The position numbers and the translations under genes are program-made. Shown piece after piece: positions 1 to 10,166 of a stretch of 64,000 nt of DNA. The stretch comes from Armatimonadota bacterium (GTDB taxonomy: Bacteria > Armatimonadota > HRBIN16). The notes under the pieces are model-generated. The model was not told the DNA's origin, ran no database searches, and worked only from the letters and a program-made list of their open reading frames with translations. Numbering within the stretch: position 1 is the first letter of the stretch; each line of letters starts with the position of its first letter. The DNA is taken from positions 2,464,001 through 2,528,000 of the forward strand of contig OY781964.1 in assembly GCA_963677485.1 (NCBI GenBank), written 5' to 3'.

Positions 1-94
1 CCATATCCAGGCGGTGGTAACTGGTACATTCAGTATGGGCTAATAGAACCCAGTCACAATCGAAATAAACAGCATTTAGATATGAGGGGACATC

Positions 95-1168
95 ATGAAC
101 GCAAAAGAGAGAGTTCTCGCGGTGATCAACCGACAACCGGTCGATCGACTGCCTATCGATATATGGATGACCGGCGAAGTGCGCCAGTCGCTTCTTGAGC
201 ATTGTGGAGTGAACGATGACTTTGCTCTCTACAAAGCTCTGGGTATCGACAAAATCGTGTGGGTGGGTGCCGGCTATACTTACAACCCCACCGCCGAGGC
301 CGATGCTGCCGCTGGTCTATACCGATCCACCTATGGTCAGCCTTCGCGTGCGAAGCAGTCGGGCAACGCCATGTATCTGGAATCCGCTGGTGCTCCGCTT
401 TTGGGTTATGACACCATCGAGTCGCTGGATGACTACCCCTACTGGCCAGACCCGGACAAGTTCGACTATGAGGGCGGGGCGGCGGCCTGCAAAGCGGTCT
501 CTTCGGAATATGCCACCTTGGGCCCGTGGGTCAGCTTCTACGAGATTTTCTGCGGTATGCGCGGGATGGAGCAGGCGATGATGGATGTCATCGATGACCC
601 CGACTACGTGCAGGCGGTGCTGGACCGCATCGAATCGACCCAGACCGAGATGATGAAGCGCTTCTTTGCCGTTGTGGGTGATTCGCTGGACCTGGTGTTT
701 ATCAGCGACGACATGGGCAGCCAGTCAAGTCTACTGATCTCGCCACGACAGTGGGATATGCTGATCAAAGAGCGCATGCACCGCTGGTGCAAGATGATCC
801 ATGACGCCGGTTATAAGGTGTTTTACCACACCGACGGGGCCGCCGAGGCACTCATCCCGAGGTTGATTGATGCTGGCATCGACATCCTGAACCCCATCCA
901 GCACATCTGCCCGGGCATGGAGATGGACCAACTGAAGGCCAAGTATGGCGACAAGATCATCTTCCATGGCGGTGTGGATAACCAAGGGGCTCTGCCGTTT
1001 GGCAGCGTGGCCGATGTAGAGGCCGAAACAATGGACTGCTTGACCAAGCTGGGGGCCGGTAAAGATGGTTATCTGCCCTGCAGTTGCCACAACATCCAGG
1101 CTGGCACCCCCGTGGCCAACATCATCGCGATGATTGAGACCGTGAAAATTCGCAGCTCCGAACTGTAG
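95..1168 (+). CDS. Uroporphyrinogen decarboxylase / MtaA-CmuA superfamily protein
   Basis: 357 aa; N-terminal ERVLAVINRQPVDRLP, SDDMGSQ, FYHTDG, FHGGVDNQ and CHNIQ motifs typical of URO-D-like TIM barrels; GAGGGG RBS. Confidence 0.85.
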   Translation: MNAKERVLAVINRQPVDRLPIDIWMTGEVRQSLLEHCGVNDDFALYKALGIDKIVWVGAGYTYNPTAEADAAAGLYRSTYGQPSRAKQSGNAMYLESAGAPLLGYDTIESLDDYPYWPDPDKFDYEGGAAACKAVSSEYATLGPWVSFYEIFCGMRGMEQAMMDVIDDPDYVQAVLDRIESTQTEMMKRFFAVVGDSLDLVFISDDMGSQSSLLISPRQWDMLIKERMHRWCKMIHDAGYKVFYHTDGAAEALIPRLIDAGIDILNPIQHICPGMEMDQLKAKYGDKIIFHGGVDNQGALPFGSVADVEAETMDCLTKLGAGKDGYLPCSCHNIQAGTPVANIIAMIETVKIRSSEL

Positions 1169-1200
1169 CGGATGCGGTGGTTTGGCCGTACAAACCAAAT

Positions 1201-1235
1201 GCAGGGCGAGTGATCATCGCCCCTGCGTTATTTTT
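1201..1235 (+). terminator. Intrinsic terminator between convergent genes
   Basis: GCAGGGCGA-gtgatca-TCGCCCTGC stem followed by gttattttt. Confidence 0.7.
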
Positions 1236-1289
1236 AGTAGCACCTTATTGGGCCACCCAATCCGTCCGATGAACGAGCAGCAACAGCCT

Positions 1290-2120
1290 CTACCGTCCCA
1301 TTATCGCCTCAGCCACGCGGACGGCGGGTACCACACGCTCCACATCATGCACCCTCAGCACATTCGCGCCGTTCATCATGCCAATAATGCAGGCGGCGAT
1401 AGTGCCATCTACGCGTTCCAATGGGGGTGCGCCGTTCAGAACGGCACCGATGAAGCTCTTCCGCGAGGCTCCGAGCAGGATGGTCATCCCGAAGCGTTTG
1501 AACCGGTCCAGCTCGCGGATGATCTGCAGATTGTGCTCCACGGTCTTACCAAACCCGATGCCGGGATCAATCCAGATTTTCTGCTGCTTCACGCCAGCCT
1601 TCAAAGCCACCTCGATCTGGCGTTCAAGAAAATCGCAGATTTCGCCGATGAGGTCATCATAGTGGGGGTTGAGCTGCATGGTGCGGGGGTCGCCTTTGGT
1701 GTGCATGATACAGCAATGTGCGTCATGTTCTGCGATCACACGGGGCATATCGGGGTCCGCGGTCAAACCGCTGACGTCATTCACCAAAAAAGCACCAGCC
1801 TCAAGAACCATCGCTGCAACGGCAGCCTTGGTCGTATCAATTGAGACTGGTGCTTTGGTAACTAGCGTCTTGACCACCGGCAGCACCCTTTTGATCTCTG
1901 CCTCTTCCATAATAGGGAGGCTCCCCGGACGGGTGCTTTCGCCACCAACATCGATAAGATCAACGCCTTGCTGTATCAGCTCGAGACCGCGATGAACCGC
2001 GTTGTCATGGCGAAGGAACCGCCCACCATCTGAGAAAGAGTCTGGGGTTACGTTCATTATCCCCATAACTAAGGTGCGATCGATGCTCAGACGCTCCGAA
2101 CTCTGCGGGGGATTCTCCAA
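1290..2120 (-). CDS. folP: Dihydropteroate synthase
   Basis: MGIMNVTPDSFSDGG, DVGGESTRPG, IDPGIGFGK, GASRKSF and LRVHDV motifs; TTG start after AGGAG. Confidence 0.96.
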   Translation of the reverse strand: MENPPQSSERLSIDRTLVMGIMNVTPDSFSDGGRFLRHDNAVHRGLELIQQGVDLIDVGGESTRPGSLPIMEEAEIKRVLPVVKTLVTKAPVSIDTTKAAVAAMVLEAGAFLVNDVSGLTADPDMPRVIAEHDAHCCIMHTKGDPRTMQLNPHYDDLIGEICDFLERQIEVALKAGVKQQKIWIDPGIGFGKTVEHNLQIIRELDRFKRFGMTILLGASRKSFIGAVLNGAPPLERVDGTIAACIIGMMNGANVLRVHDVERVVPAVRVAEAIMGR

Positions 2121-2159
2121 TATTTGCTCCTTTGTTGGGCGTTTTGAAGTCTCCTACGC

Positions 2160-2320
2160 GTCCGCTCATACGGTGTCCTCGACTTTCTTGTCAAGTTGCG
2201 GACCTGCTACCCGGCCTTTTTCTCTTTCCGTTTTACCAAACTTGCCGGGTTGCTTGCTACTCGAGGTAACCGCTTCGGCTACCCGATTCGCCGGTAATGA
2301 GAACTTGCCAGGATAGTTCT
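2160..2320 (-). other. Candidate structured leader or ncRNA upstream of folP
   Basis: Five stems readable in sequence (2160-2165/2198-2203, 2178-2195, 2206-2215/2244-2253, 2265-2283, 2300-2320); family not recognised, strand inferred from folP. Confidence 0.35.
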
Positions 2321-2510
2321 GGTATTCAGTTTACCTGCTATCTTATAGCGGGCTTGGTATCAACTGAACTATATTAGTAATACCCGGTCCTGACAGCTTG
2401 AATCTTCTTTTTATGCCCAATTACATAAGTATTATTACTAGTTTTTTGGTATCACTTGACACTACACAGTATTGCAAGGTTATTCTTTGGTAGCTACTCA
2501 GACATTAATG

Positions 2511-2670
2511 GCTATGTCCGGGGCGGTCTGTGCGTAGGCTAGCGGATGCAGAAGGCTCAAGACCGCGCCGGTCTGGCGGTTAGCCCTAAAAGATTTTTGT
2601 CGGGAACAAGACCGGCGCGGTCTATAGACTGTGGCCACCGCAGGCGTACTGACAGACCGCCCCGGACATT
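2511..2670. repeat. REP/BIME-like palindromic element (GTCCGGGGCGGTC...AGACCGCGCCGGTCT...GACCGCCCCGGAC family)
   Basis: Terminal inverted arms ATGTCCGGGGCGGTCTG/CAGACCGCCCCGGACAT; left half matches the reverse complement of the unit at 19650-20284. Confidence 0.8.
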
Positions 2671-2697
2671 GGTAAACCAGTGAGTTCAAGGGAAATC

Positions 2698-5208
2698 TCA
2701 CAAGGTGCTGGTCGGGTCGATGTCGATACTGAGTTGGCAGCCCTCCGGAAGGGTGATTCGCGGCAACGCCGCCTCCAGCAGAGCGGGCAGCTCGGACGGC
2801 TGCTGCACCTTCACCAGGCAGTGGTATCTATAAACACCCCTCACTCGACTGAGCGGTGCCGGCGCGGGGCCCATCAGCAGAGCCTTGGTGTTGCGGAACT
2901 GCACCATCTCCGCGAGCCGTAGCACCAGTTCGGCTGCGCCGACCTTGGCATCGGCTTCGACTTCGCTATTCACCACCAGGTTCGCCAGCCGTGAGAAGGG
3001 CGGGTAGCCCAACTGCCTGCGCAGCGGGATCTCGTGCTGGTAAAAGCCGAGGTAATCATGCTGACTGGCGCAAACCACCGCCTCATGCTCCGGGTTGAAG
3101 CTCTGCACGAACACCAGACCGGGTCGCTGCGAACGTCCCGCTCTTCCCGCCACCTGCGTGAGCAGTTGGAAGGTGCGTTCGCTGGCTCTAAAGTCGGGCA
3201 GGTTCAGCCCGCTGTCGGCCATCACCACACCTACCAGGGTGACGTTCGGAAAGTCCAGCCCTTTCGCCACCATTTGGGTACCGATCAAGATATCCGCCTC
3301 ATGGGCACGAAACTGGGCCAGTAGTTCGTGGTGAGATCCCTGACGCTGGGTGGTGTCGCGGTCCATCCTCAGAATGCGGGCATCCGGGAATAACCGCTGC
3401 ACCTCCTCCTCCACCCTTTCGGTGCCAAGACCAAACGGCAGCGGATTGGGGGCCTGGCAGGTGGGGCACTTATCCGGTAGGGGGATGCTGTAGTCGCAGT
3501 GGTGGCACCGCAACAGCCCGTCAGCCTTGTGATAGGCCAGCGACACCGCGCACTGGTTGCACTTGATGGCGGTGCCGCATTTGCGGCACATCACGAACAT
3601 CGCCCAGGCCCGGCGGTTGATCAGCAGGATCACCTGCTCCCTCCAGCGCAGCGTATCTGTAATGGCGTTGGCCAGTGCGGAGCTGAAGATGCTGTTCTTC
3701 ACCCGCGAGGCTTCGCGCATATCGACGATATGCACCTCCGGCATGGCGTTGCCCGACACGCGGCTGGGGAGGCAGAGCAGTTGCTCCGCCTGTTCCGCAT
3801 GGTAGTAGCTCTCGATACTCGGCGTGGCGCTGCCCAGAAGCAGCACCGCTCCTGCCTGCTTAGCCCGGAACAGCGCGACGTCACGCGCGTGGTATCTGGG
3901 CGAGTGGTCCTGCTGTTTGTAGGTCGCCTCGTGCTCCTCGTCCAGAATGATCAGCCCCATATGCTTTAACGGCGCGAACACCGCGCTGCGGGCGCCCACC
4001 ACCACCGGGGCTTCGCCTTCCGCTACCCGCTGCCACTCATCAAACCGCTGACCGTTGCTCAATGCGCTATGCAGCACCGCCGCAAGCTCACCGAACCGCT
4101 CGCGCACCGCCTGCACAAGCTGGGAGGTCAGCGCAATCTCAGGCACCAGCAGCAGCGCGCTCCTGCCCTGCTTCAGGCAGTGCTCGATCGCCCGCAGGTA
4201 GACCTCCGTCTTGCCTGAGGCGGTCACCCCAAACAACAGCCACTGCCGGAACTCCGATGTATCGAGCCCGGTGTTGATGGTATCCAAAACTTCCGCTTGG
4301 TCCGATGTCAGCTCAAACTCGTGGTGCATCGCCGCTTTCTTGAGGGCTGCATCCACCATCGTAAATGGGTCGCGGCGCACAGCCCGGTCGGTGATGCGGA
4401 TGATACCCTTGTCCGACAGCGATTTGGCTGCGGAGCGTGTGGTGTGCAGCAGTTCCAGAAGTTCGGCCAGAGGCACGACCGCATGATCCGGCTGCATCAG
4501 ATGCGCCAGCAACGCTGCCTGTTTGGGCGCCCTATGCTTAAGGCCTTCCATGAGTTCCTCGGCCAACGCGTGACTGCACGCCAGCTCCGCGTGCTGCACT
4601 AGCTTCTGGCGTGTGCTGGGCAGCTTCACCACACTCGCCTCGACCAGCAGGTTCCTGCGCTTCAGTTTTTGTATGGCGATGCTGAGCTGGCTCGCTGGTA
4701 TGCGGGCCTTTAGCCCCGCTTCCGGCAGCTCTCCACCGGCATCGCGGAGCAGGTTCAACAGCCGCTGCTCTACCGACAGCGCTTCGTCCTCAAACAGCTC
4801 CCGCTGATCGGCCTGAGGGGTCAGCCGCACCACCTTCTGTATTCGGGCGTGCATCTGCACCGGCGCAAGCAGATTAACGCACCGGCTGAGGGGGGCGTGA
4901 TACTCCGCCGCCATCCACTCCGCCAGTTGCAGCCGCGGTCCGTCAATAGTGACCTCACCTTCTACAAACAGGCTGATCGGCTTGAATGACTCCATCTCAC
5001 CAGGCTGACAGGTACGCAGCCGCGCCACGATGCCCAGCACCTCACGCCCGTGGAAGCTCACCAGCGCGCAGCGACCCAACGCCGCCTCCGGGACCAGTTC
5101 CACAGGTACAAGATAGCTATATAACTCCTGAAGGGCCACAGCCAGGTTGATGACCAGGTCGGCCACGAGCGGAGCAGACAGGCAGGTATTTTCTTCCATC
5201 ACAGCCAA
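2698..5208 (-). CDS. priA: Primosomal protein N' (replication restart helicase)
   Basis: GVTASGKTEVY Walker A, DEEHE, four CxxC Zn motifs, IGTQMVAKGLDFP, QVAGRAGR. Confidence 0.97.
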   Translation of the reverse strand: MAVMEENTCLSAPLVADLVINLAVALQELYSYLVPVELVPEAALGRCALVSFHGREVLGIVARLRTCQPGEMESFKPISLFVEGEVTIDGPRLQLAEWMAAEYHAPLSRCVNLLAPVQMHARIQKVVRLTPQADQRELFEDEALSVEQRLLNLLRDAGGELPEAGLKARIPASQLSIAIQKLKRRNLLVEASVVKLPSTRQKLVQHAELACSHALAEELMEGLKHRAPKQAALLAHLMQPDHAVVPLAELLELLHTTRSAAKSLSDKGIIRITDRAVRRDPFTMVDAALKKAAMHHEFELTSDQAEVLDTINTGLDTSEFRQWLLFGVTASGKTEVYLRAIEHCLKQGRSALLLVPEIALTSQLVQAVRERFGELAAVLHSALSNGQRFDEWQRVAEGEAPVVVGARSAVFAPLKHMGLIILDEEHEATYKQQDHSPRYHARDVALFRAKQAGAVLLLGSATPSIESYYHAEQAEQLLCLPSRVSGNAMPEVHIVDMREASRVKNSIFSSALANAITDTLRWREQVILLINRRAWAMFVMCRKCGTAIKCNQCAVSLAYHKADGLLRCHHCDYSIPLPDKCPTCQAPNPLPFGLGTERVEEEVQRLFPDARILRMDRDTTQRQGSHHELLAQFRAHEADILIGTQMVAKGLDFPNVTLVGVVMADSGLNLPDFRASERTFQLLTQVAGRAGRSQRPGLVFVQSFNPEHEAVVCASQHDYLGFYQHEIPLRRQLGYPPFSRLANLVVNSEVEADAKVGAAELVLRLAEMVQFRNTKALLMGPAPAPLSRVRGVYRYHCLVKVQQPSELPALLEAALPRITLPEGCQLSIDIDPTSTL

Positions 5209-5240
5209 TATGATAGCAGAACAAACCGGAGGTTGCGCCT

Positions 5241-6764
5241 TTGCCTAAACCAAACCTGCTCTTTCTGATGTGCGACCAGTTGCGTTTCGATGCCATCGCA
5301 GCACTAGGCAATGCGCAGATATGCACCCCAAACATTGACCGACTGGTGAAGCGGGGTGTCTCGTTCACCAATGCCTACAGCAGTTGCCCGGTGTGTGTAC
5401 CCGCTCGGGCCACACTGCGGACCGGCTGTGAGCCCTTCCACACCGCCGTGACCGAAAATGCGATGCCGCACCCGCTGCCCGATCAACCCGCAGATATGGA
5501 AGAGCGGTGCGGCAAATTCCTGGGTCGCACCATGCAGGGCCTGGGCTACCGCACATTTGGCATCGGTAAGTTCCATGCTGTGCCGGATGCCTGGCAGAAC
5601 CTGGGTTACGACATCCAATTACACAGTGAGCCGCAGCCCCAAAGTGCAGAATGGCGCAAGCGTGACCACTACACCCATTGGATTGAGACCGAACACCCCG
5701 ATTTTGCCTACCTGGAGAGTTTCCAGGGCGAACGCAGTGACTGCTACTACATCCCGCAGTGTGCCCCCCTGCCCCGCGATCTGTGCATGGAGGGCTGGGC
5801 AGCCGAACAAACACGCAAGTTCATCAGTGAGCAGCCGACAGGGCAGCCGTGGTTTGGGTTTGTCAGCTTCTTTGGCCCGCATCCGCCTTTTGCACCACCC
5901 GTGCCTTTTAATCGCATGTACAACCCAGAAAACATGGATGTACCCATACTTGGTGAGATCGGCACCGACCATTTGGATGACACCATACCCAGCATGAACT
6001 ACGCGGTCTGGGCTGAGCAGATCGGGCCTTTGCTTAACCGGCAGCTCAAGGCGCGATATTATGGCGAAATCAGCTATATCGACTGGTGCATCGGCATGAT
6101 TCTGGATGAAGTGGAGAAAAGGCCCGATGCCGCCAACACCCTCATCGCGCTCTTCAGCGACCATGGCGACCACCTCGGAGACCATCACGCCTGGCAGAAG
6201 GAGAGCTTCTTCGAAGCAAGCTGCCACATCCCTCTGCTCATCAGTTGGCCTGGCCAACTCAAAGCGGATGTGCGTGACGACCAACTGGCGGCCCTGACCG
6301 ATCTGTTCGGCGTGGCCACCCGAGCAGCCGGAGCGGCCGAAATGCGCGACGGGCACGATATCCTGGGAGCTCATTTAGGGCAGGTGGCCCCACGCGAACG
6401 GCTGTATGGTTATTACGGCAGCCCTGGGGAGCGCAGCTTCAAGACTATGGTGCGATGGGAGCACTGGAAAATGATCACAATGGCCAATGGCGGCCGAACG
6501 CAGCTGTTTAATTTGGAAACCGACCCCTATGAGATGAAAAACCTGGCCTATTCCCAAAGCAAAATATCAAAACGAATGGTAGAATGGTTGACAGAGCAGT
6601 TGATACGCCATCCATTTACAGCTCAGGCAGTACATGATGGACAGCTTATACAACTCGCATTCGAAATGGGTCCACGGCAAAGGCTGTGCCAGTTTGGATA
6701 CCCTGGACCTGTTGGCTCTTTCTTCCCGGACGACCCTGCTGTTGTGTGGAAGGAACTAAAATAA
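5241..6764 (+). CDS. Formylglycine-dependent sulfatase (S1 family)
   Basis: PNLLFLMCDQLR, CVPAR (CxPxR), GKFH, PHPP and SDHG motifs; GGAGG RBS before TTG. Confidence 0.93.
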   Translation: MPKPNLLFLMCDQLRFDAIAALGNAQICTPNIDRLVKRGVSFTNAYSSCPVCVPARATLRTGCEPFHTAVTENAMPHPLPDQPADMEERCGKFLGRTMQGLGYRTFGIGKFHAVPDAWQNLGYDIQLHSEPQPQSAEWRKRDHYTHWIETEHPDFAYLESFQGERSDCYYIPQCAPLPRDLCMEGWAAEQTRKFISEQPTGQPWFGFVSFFGPHPPFAPPVPFNRMYNPENMDVPILGEIGTDHLDDTIPSMNYAVWAEQIGPLLNRQLKARYYGEISYIDWCIGMILDEVEKRPDAANTLIALFSDHGDHLGDHHAWQKESFFEASCHIPLLISWPGQLKADVRDDQLAALTDLFGVATRAAGAAEMRDGHDILGAHLGQVAPRERLYGYYGSPGERSFKTMVRWEHWKMITMANGGRTQLFNLETDPYEMKNLAYSQSKISKRMVEWLTEQLIRHPFTAQAVHDGQLIQLAFEMGPRQRLCQFGYPGPVGSFFPDDPAVVWKELK

Positions 6765-6893
6765 AGCATCAAAGTGTATTCTGTGTTACACTTATTCAGC
6801 TAACCGTATATCGAACACCATGCCCCCTGTTGGGCACCAATATCGCTAGCTTTCCATAGCGTAAATATACCATGCTGTAACAGGAGGATCCCC

Positions 6894-9800
6894 GTGCGTC
6901 GACGCTTGCTTGCAATACCCATGCGATGGCAACTAATGGTGCTTGTGATCGTCACTATGGCTCCTCTTCTTGTGGGCTTGAGTTTGTTGTATTTGGATAT
7001 ATCCTCCAGCTCATACCAGAATGTGATCAACAATACTAAGAGCATCTCACAGGCATTTACCACCAGCCAGGAGACACTGCTTGATAACACCTATACTTTA
7101 CTCTCCACCCTGGCCGATGTGGCAGCGCAAAAAGACATAAACCAGCTCCATAAGATACTGACTCAGGTCCATCGCCGCTCACCAGAATACCTGAACCTGT
7201 TCTATGTTTCTGCCGATGGGGTAGTCCGGTCCTCCGTATTACCCGCTCACCAAACATATCTAGGTGACCGAAGCTACGTGAAGGATGCGATCAGCAACCG
7301 GTCTTTCACAGTGGGCAGTTATCAGGTTGGACGCATTACCAAACAACCCACAATTAACTGTGGGTATCCTGTCTTGGATTACTCAGGTAAGGTGATCGGG
7401 GTGGTGGCGGCCTCTATCGGCTTGTCGAATCTTTCTGAGATGTTTCAACGTTCTAACCTGCCAGAAGGCTCCCATATGGTTATGAGCGACCGCAATGGGG
7501 CTGTGCTGGCATCGACCGATGCCGATACGCAGGTAGGGCTTCAGGAAACCGAATATGTCCGCATGATTCTGGCGAACAGGCGGAGCCTGGCAGACATGGT
7601 AGAGGAAAAATCGGACCATGGGGTAGTTTACCATCACATCACTCCCCTGTTCATACGCCAATCCACTGTGCCGTACAGCTATTTGCGTATCAGCATACCT
7701 CGATCATCTATCATGCAAACAGCACACCATAGGTTGCAGTGGCTGTCCGGTTGGCTGATACCCTTTCTCATTCTTCCGTTGGTATTGTCATACATAGTAG
7801 GTCATCGCTACATCAGCAAGCGCCTTGATGCGGTGGTACAGACCGCGCGGAAACTGCAATCTGGGGATCTGTCTGCACGCTCAGCGCTTGAAGACGACCT
7901 TGGTGAGATTGGGATGCTGAGCAGTGTGTTTAACGAGATGGCTGACTCGGTTCAAAAATGGTATCAGCAACACCAGTTGGTTGAGAAGCAGTTGCGCGAC
8001 AGCGAATCACGGTACCGCAATCTCGTGGAGCAGCTTCCTGCGGTCACTTATGTGATGGCATTCTCTAGTCACAGTGCTGAGGTGCTTTTCTTAAACTCGC
8101 ATATTGTGGATATCACCGGCTATAAGGCCAGTGATTTCATCACCAATCCCACATTGCTGTCCTCACTGGTGTATAGCCAGGACCAGCCTGCATATAGGGC
8201 CTCCATGAATGTAGTGGCGAGACGTGAGCCGGTAGAGCTTACCTACCGCATCATTACCAGGTATGGTGATACGCGATGGGTATACGAAAAGTCGCAACTG
8301 ATTGAATCTGCACAAGATGACAGTATCGTGATTCAAGGACTGCTGCTTGACATCACCGACACCCAGACCATGGCTGCTGAGCTGCACCAGAGTGAGGCGC
8401 GCTTCAAGCTGCTGGTCCAGTCAATGGGTGAGATGGTCATCACACTCGATTCAAACTATCGAGTGAATGGCATATACGGCTCCTCCGCCGATGTGCCGAT
8501 TGGAATTGCCCCTGCCATTGGCCAGAACATCACTGATTTCCTGCCCGACTCTATTGCAGAGCTGCATATTAGGTATATGAGGCTATCGGAGCAAGGTCTG
8601 CCGCAAAGCTTTGAGTGGACCATCAACCAGCACGGCTTCGAATGGTTCCTTTTGAGCTCAGTCAGTTCGGTGATTCATGAATATAATGGCCATCAAGGCT
8701 ATGTGGTCGTGGTGAAGGACGTCACTGAGATGAGAATGGCTGAAGCTGAGAGACGACAGCTCGATATGAAGATGCAGCAATCTCAACGGCTAGAAAGCCT
8801 TGGTTTAATGGCAGGCGGTATTGCTCACGATTTTAACAACCTGCTTACTGGTGTCATGGGACATACCAGTTTAGCCATGTCCTGCGTCCCACAAGATCAC
8901 CCGGTATACCAGGAGCTTGTTCACATATCGACAGCGACCCAATACGCCTCAGACCTGGTGAAGCAGATGCTCGCCTATAGTGGCCATGACAGCTTCCAGA
9001 AGCGAATACTAGACCTCAATAATGCGGTGCGGGATATGACCCAACTGCTGACTGTTTCCATACCGAAAAATGTGAAAATCAACACCGAGCTCCAGTCTGG
9101 TGTGCTCGCAATAGAATCCGATCCTGTGCAGCTTCAGCAGGTGCTGATGAATATAGTCATCAATGCCGGTGAGGCGATTGGAACCGCCGCTGGTCAGATA
9201 ACCATACGTACCGGCAACCGCCTGATCGGTGAAGACGAGTTATCAAACGGCTACATGAATGATGGGTTATCGGCCGGAATGTATACTGTGGTTCAAATCA
9301 TAGACACAGGATGCGGCATGGATGCGGAGACGCTGATCCGATTCTACGACCCCTTCTTCACCACGAAGTTCCCCGGACGAGGGCTGGGATTGGCCGCCGT
9401 TTTGGGTATCATGCGCAGCCATTCGGGCGGAATTCACGTGGTCAGTCGTCCAGGCGAAGGCACCACATTTACCTTGATTTTCCCATCTGTCTCGGAAGAT
9501 GTTCCTGTGGAGGTGACTGCTGCTGATGGTGAGGACTGGCAGCCGGAGCATCAACTACACGCGCTGATAGTTGATGATGAAGAGGGTGTTCGGTTGGTGG
9601 CTACAGCCATGCTGAATCGTTTAGGTCTGACCGTAGAGACAGCCTGCGATGGTCAGGAGGGTGTTAACCTGGTCACCGCAAGTCCCAGCAAATACGATCT
9701 GATCGTGCTGGACCTTACGATGCCGAATATGGGCGGCGAAGAGGCTCTAGAACACATACGACAGTTATGTCCGGACATCCCGGTCGTCATCTCATCCGGG

Positions 9801-9935
9801 TATACCGAGATCGAAATGGAACTGCATTCTGACGAACGCCGGTTCGATGCGTTCCTTCAAAAGCCATACAGGTTAGAGCAGGTAAAGCAGGTGATCTCAC
9901 AAGTTATGCGTGCCAGACAGACACGACATTCGTAG
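6894..9935 (+). CDS. Hybrid sensor histidine kinase (TM-Cache-TM-HAMP-PAS-PAS-HisKA-HATPase-REC)
   Basis: AHDFNNLL H-box, DTGCGM, FFTTK..GRGLGL, C-terminal receiver LDLTMP. Confidence 0.93.
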   Translation: MRRRLLAIPMRWQLMVLVIVTMAPLLVGLSLLYLDISSSSYQNVINNTKSISQAFTTSQETLLDNTYTLLSTLADVAAQKDINQLHKILTQVHRRSPEYLNLFYVSADGVVRSSVLPAHQTYLGDRSYVKDAISNRSFTVGSYQVGRITKQPTINCGYPVLDYSGKVIGVVAASIGLSNLSEMFQRSNLPEGSHMVMSDRNGAVLASTDADTQVGLQETEYVRMILANRRSLADMVEEKSDHGVVYHHITPLFIRQSTVPYSYLRISIPRSSIMQTAHHRLQWLSGWLIPFLILPLVLSYIVGHRYISKRLDAVVQTARKLQSGDLSARSALEDDLGEIGMLSSVFNEMADSVQKWYQQHQLVEKQLRDSESRYRNLVEQLPAVTYVMAFSSHSAEVLFLNSHIVDITGYKASDFITNPTLLSSLVYSQDQPAYRASMNVVARREPVELTYRIITRYGDTRWVYEKSQLIESAQDDSIVIQGLLLDITDTQTMAAELHQSEARFKLLVQSMGEMVITLDSNYRVNGIYGSSADVPIGIAPAIGQNITDFLPDSIAELHIRYMRLSEQGLPQSFEWTINQHGFEWFLLSSVSSVIHEYNGHQGYVVVVKDVTEMRMAEAERRQLDMKMQQSQRLESLGLMAGGIAHDFNNLLTGVMGHTSLAMSCVPQDHPVYQELVHISTATQYASDLVKQMLAYSGHDSFQKRILDLNNAVRDMTQLLTVSIPKNVKINTELQSGVLAIESDPVQLQQVLMNIVINAGEAIGTAAGQITIRTGNRLIGEDELSNGYMNDGLSAGMYTVVQIIDTGCGMDAETLIRFYDPFFTTKFPGRGLGLAAVLGIMRSHSGGIHVVSRPGEGTTFTLIFPSVSEDVPVEVTAADGEDWQPEHQLHALIVDDEEGVRLVATAMLNRLGLTVETACDGQEGVNLVTASPSKYDLIVLDLTMPNMGGEEALEHIRQLCPDIPVVISSGYTEIEMELHSDERRFDAFLQKPYRLEQVKQVISQVMRARQTRHS

Positions 9936-9988
9936 GTAATGCCCATAGATGGGCAGGTTCAATTTGCTGTCTGTCCAGGCAGCAATGA

Positions 9989-10120
9989 TTACTTCGCTGC
10001 TAAGGCAAAGGGCTTGATCTATTCCATTTTGTGGACATCAGTGGTAAAGCGGAACAGGTAGGCGTGGAAGCTGTCGTCGCCTTTCCATTTCATGACACAG
10101 GTGTCGCCGCCAAACTTCAC
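9989..10120 (-). pseudogene. 3' remnant of a paralog of the 13320-15050 gene
   Basis: Translates VKFGGDTCVMKWKGDDSFHAYLFRFTTDVHKME*IKPFALAAK* versus MKFGGDTCVVKWKTDDSFHTYLFRFTADAKK...IEWIKVFAKAAR* in the intact gene. Confidence 0.8.
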
Positions 10121-10166
10121 CGTAGCCCGTTATTCCCACTTCGCAAACACTTAACCTAAGGACACA

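Noticed and set aside
95-1168. hemE assignment for the URO-D-like genes
   Set aside because: They lack the HemE RQAGR motif and heme gene context.
1182-1844. 220 aa plus-strand ORF and similar antisense ORFs over major genes
   Set aside because: Antisense shadows of well-supported genes in GC-rich DNA.
2456-2486. Sigma70 promoter at TTGACA
   Set aside because: No good -10 at 17 bp spacing, and it points toward a repeat and the 3' end of priA.
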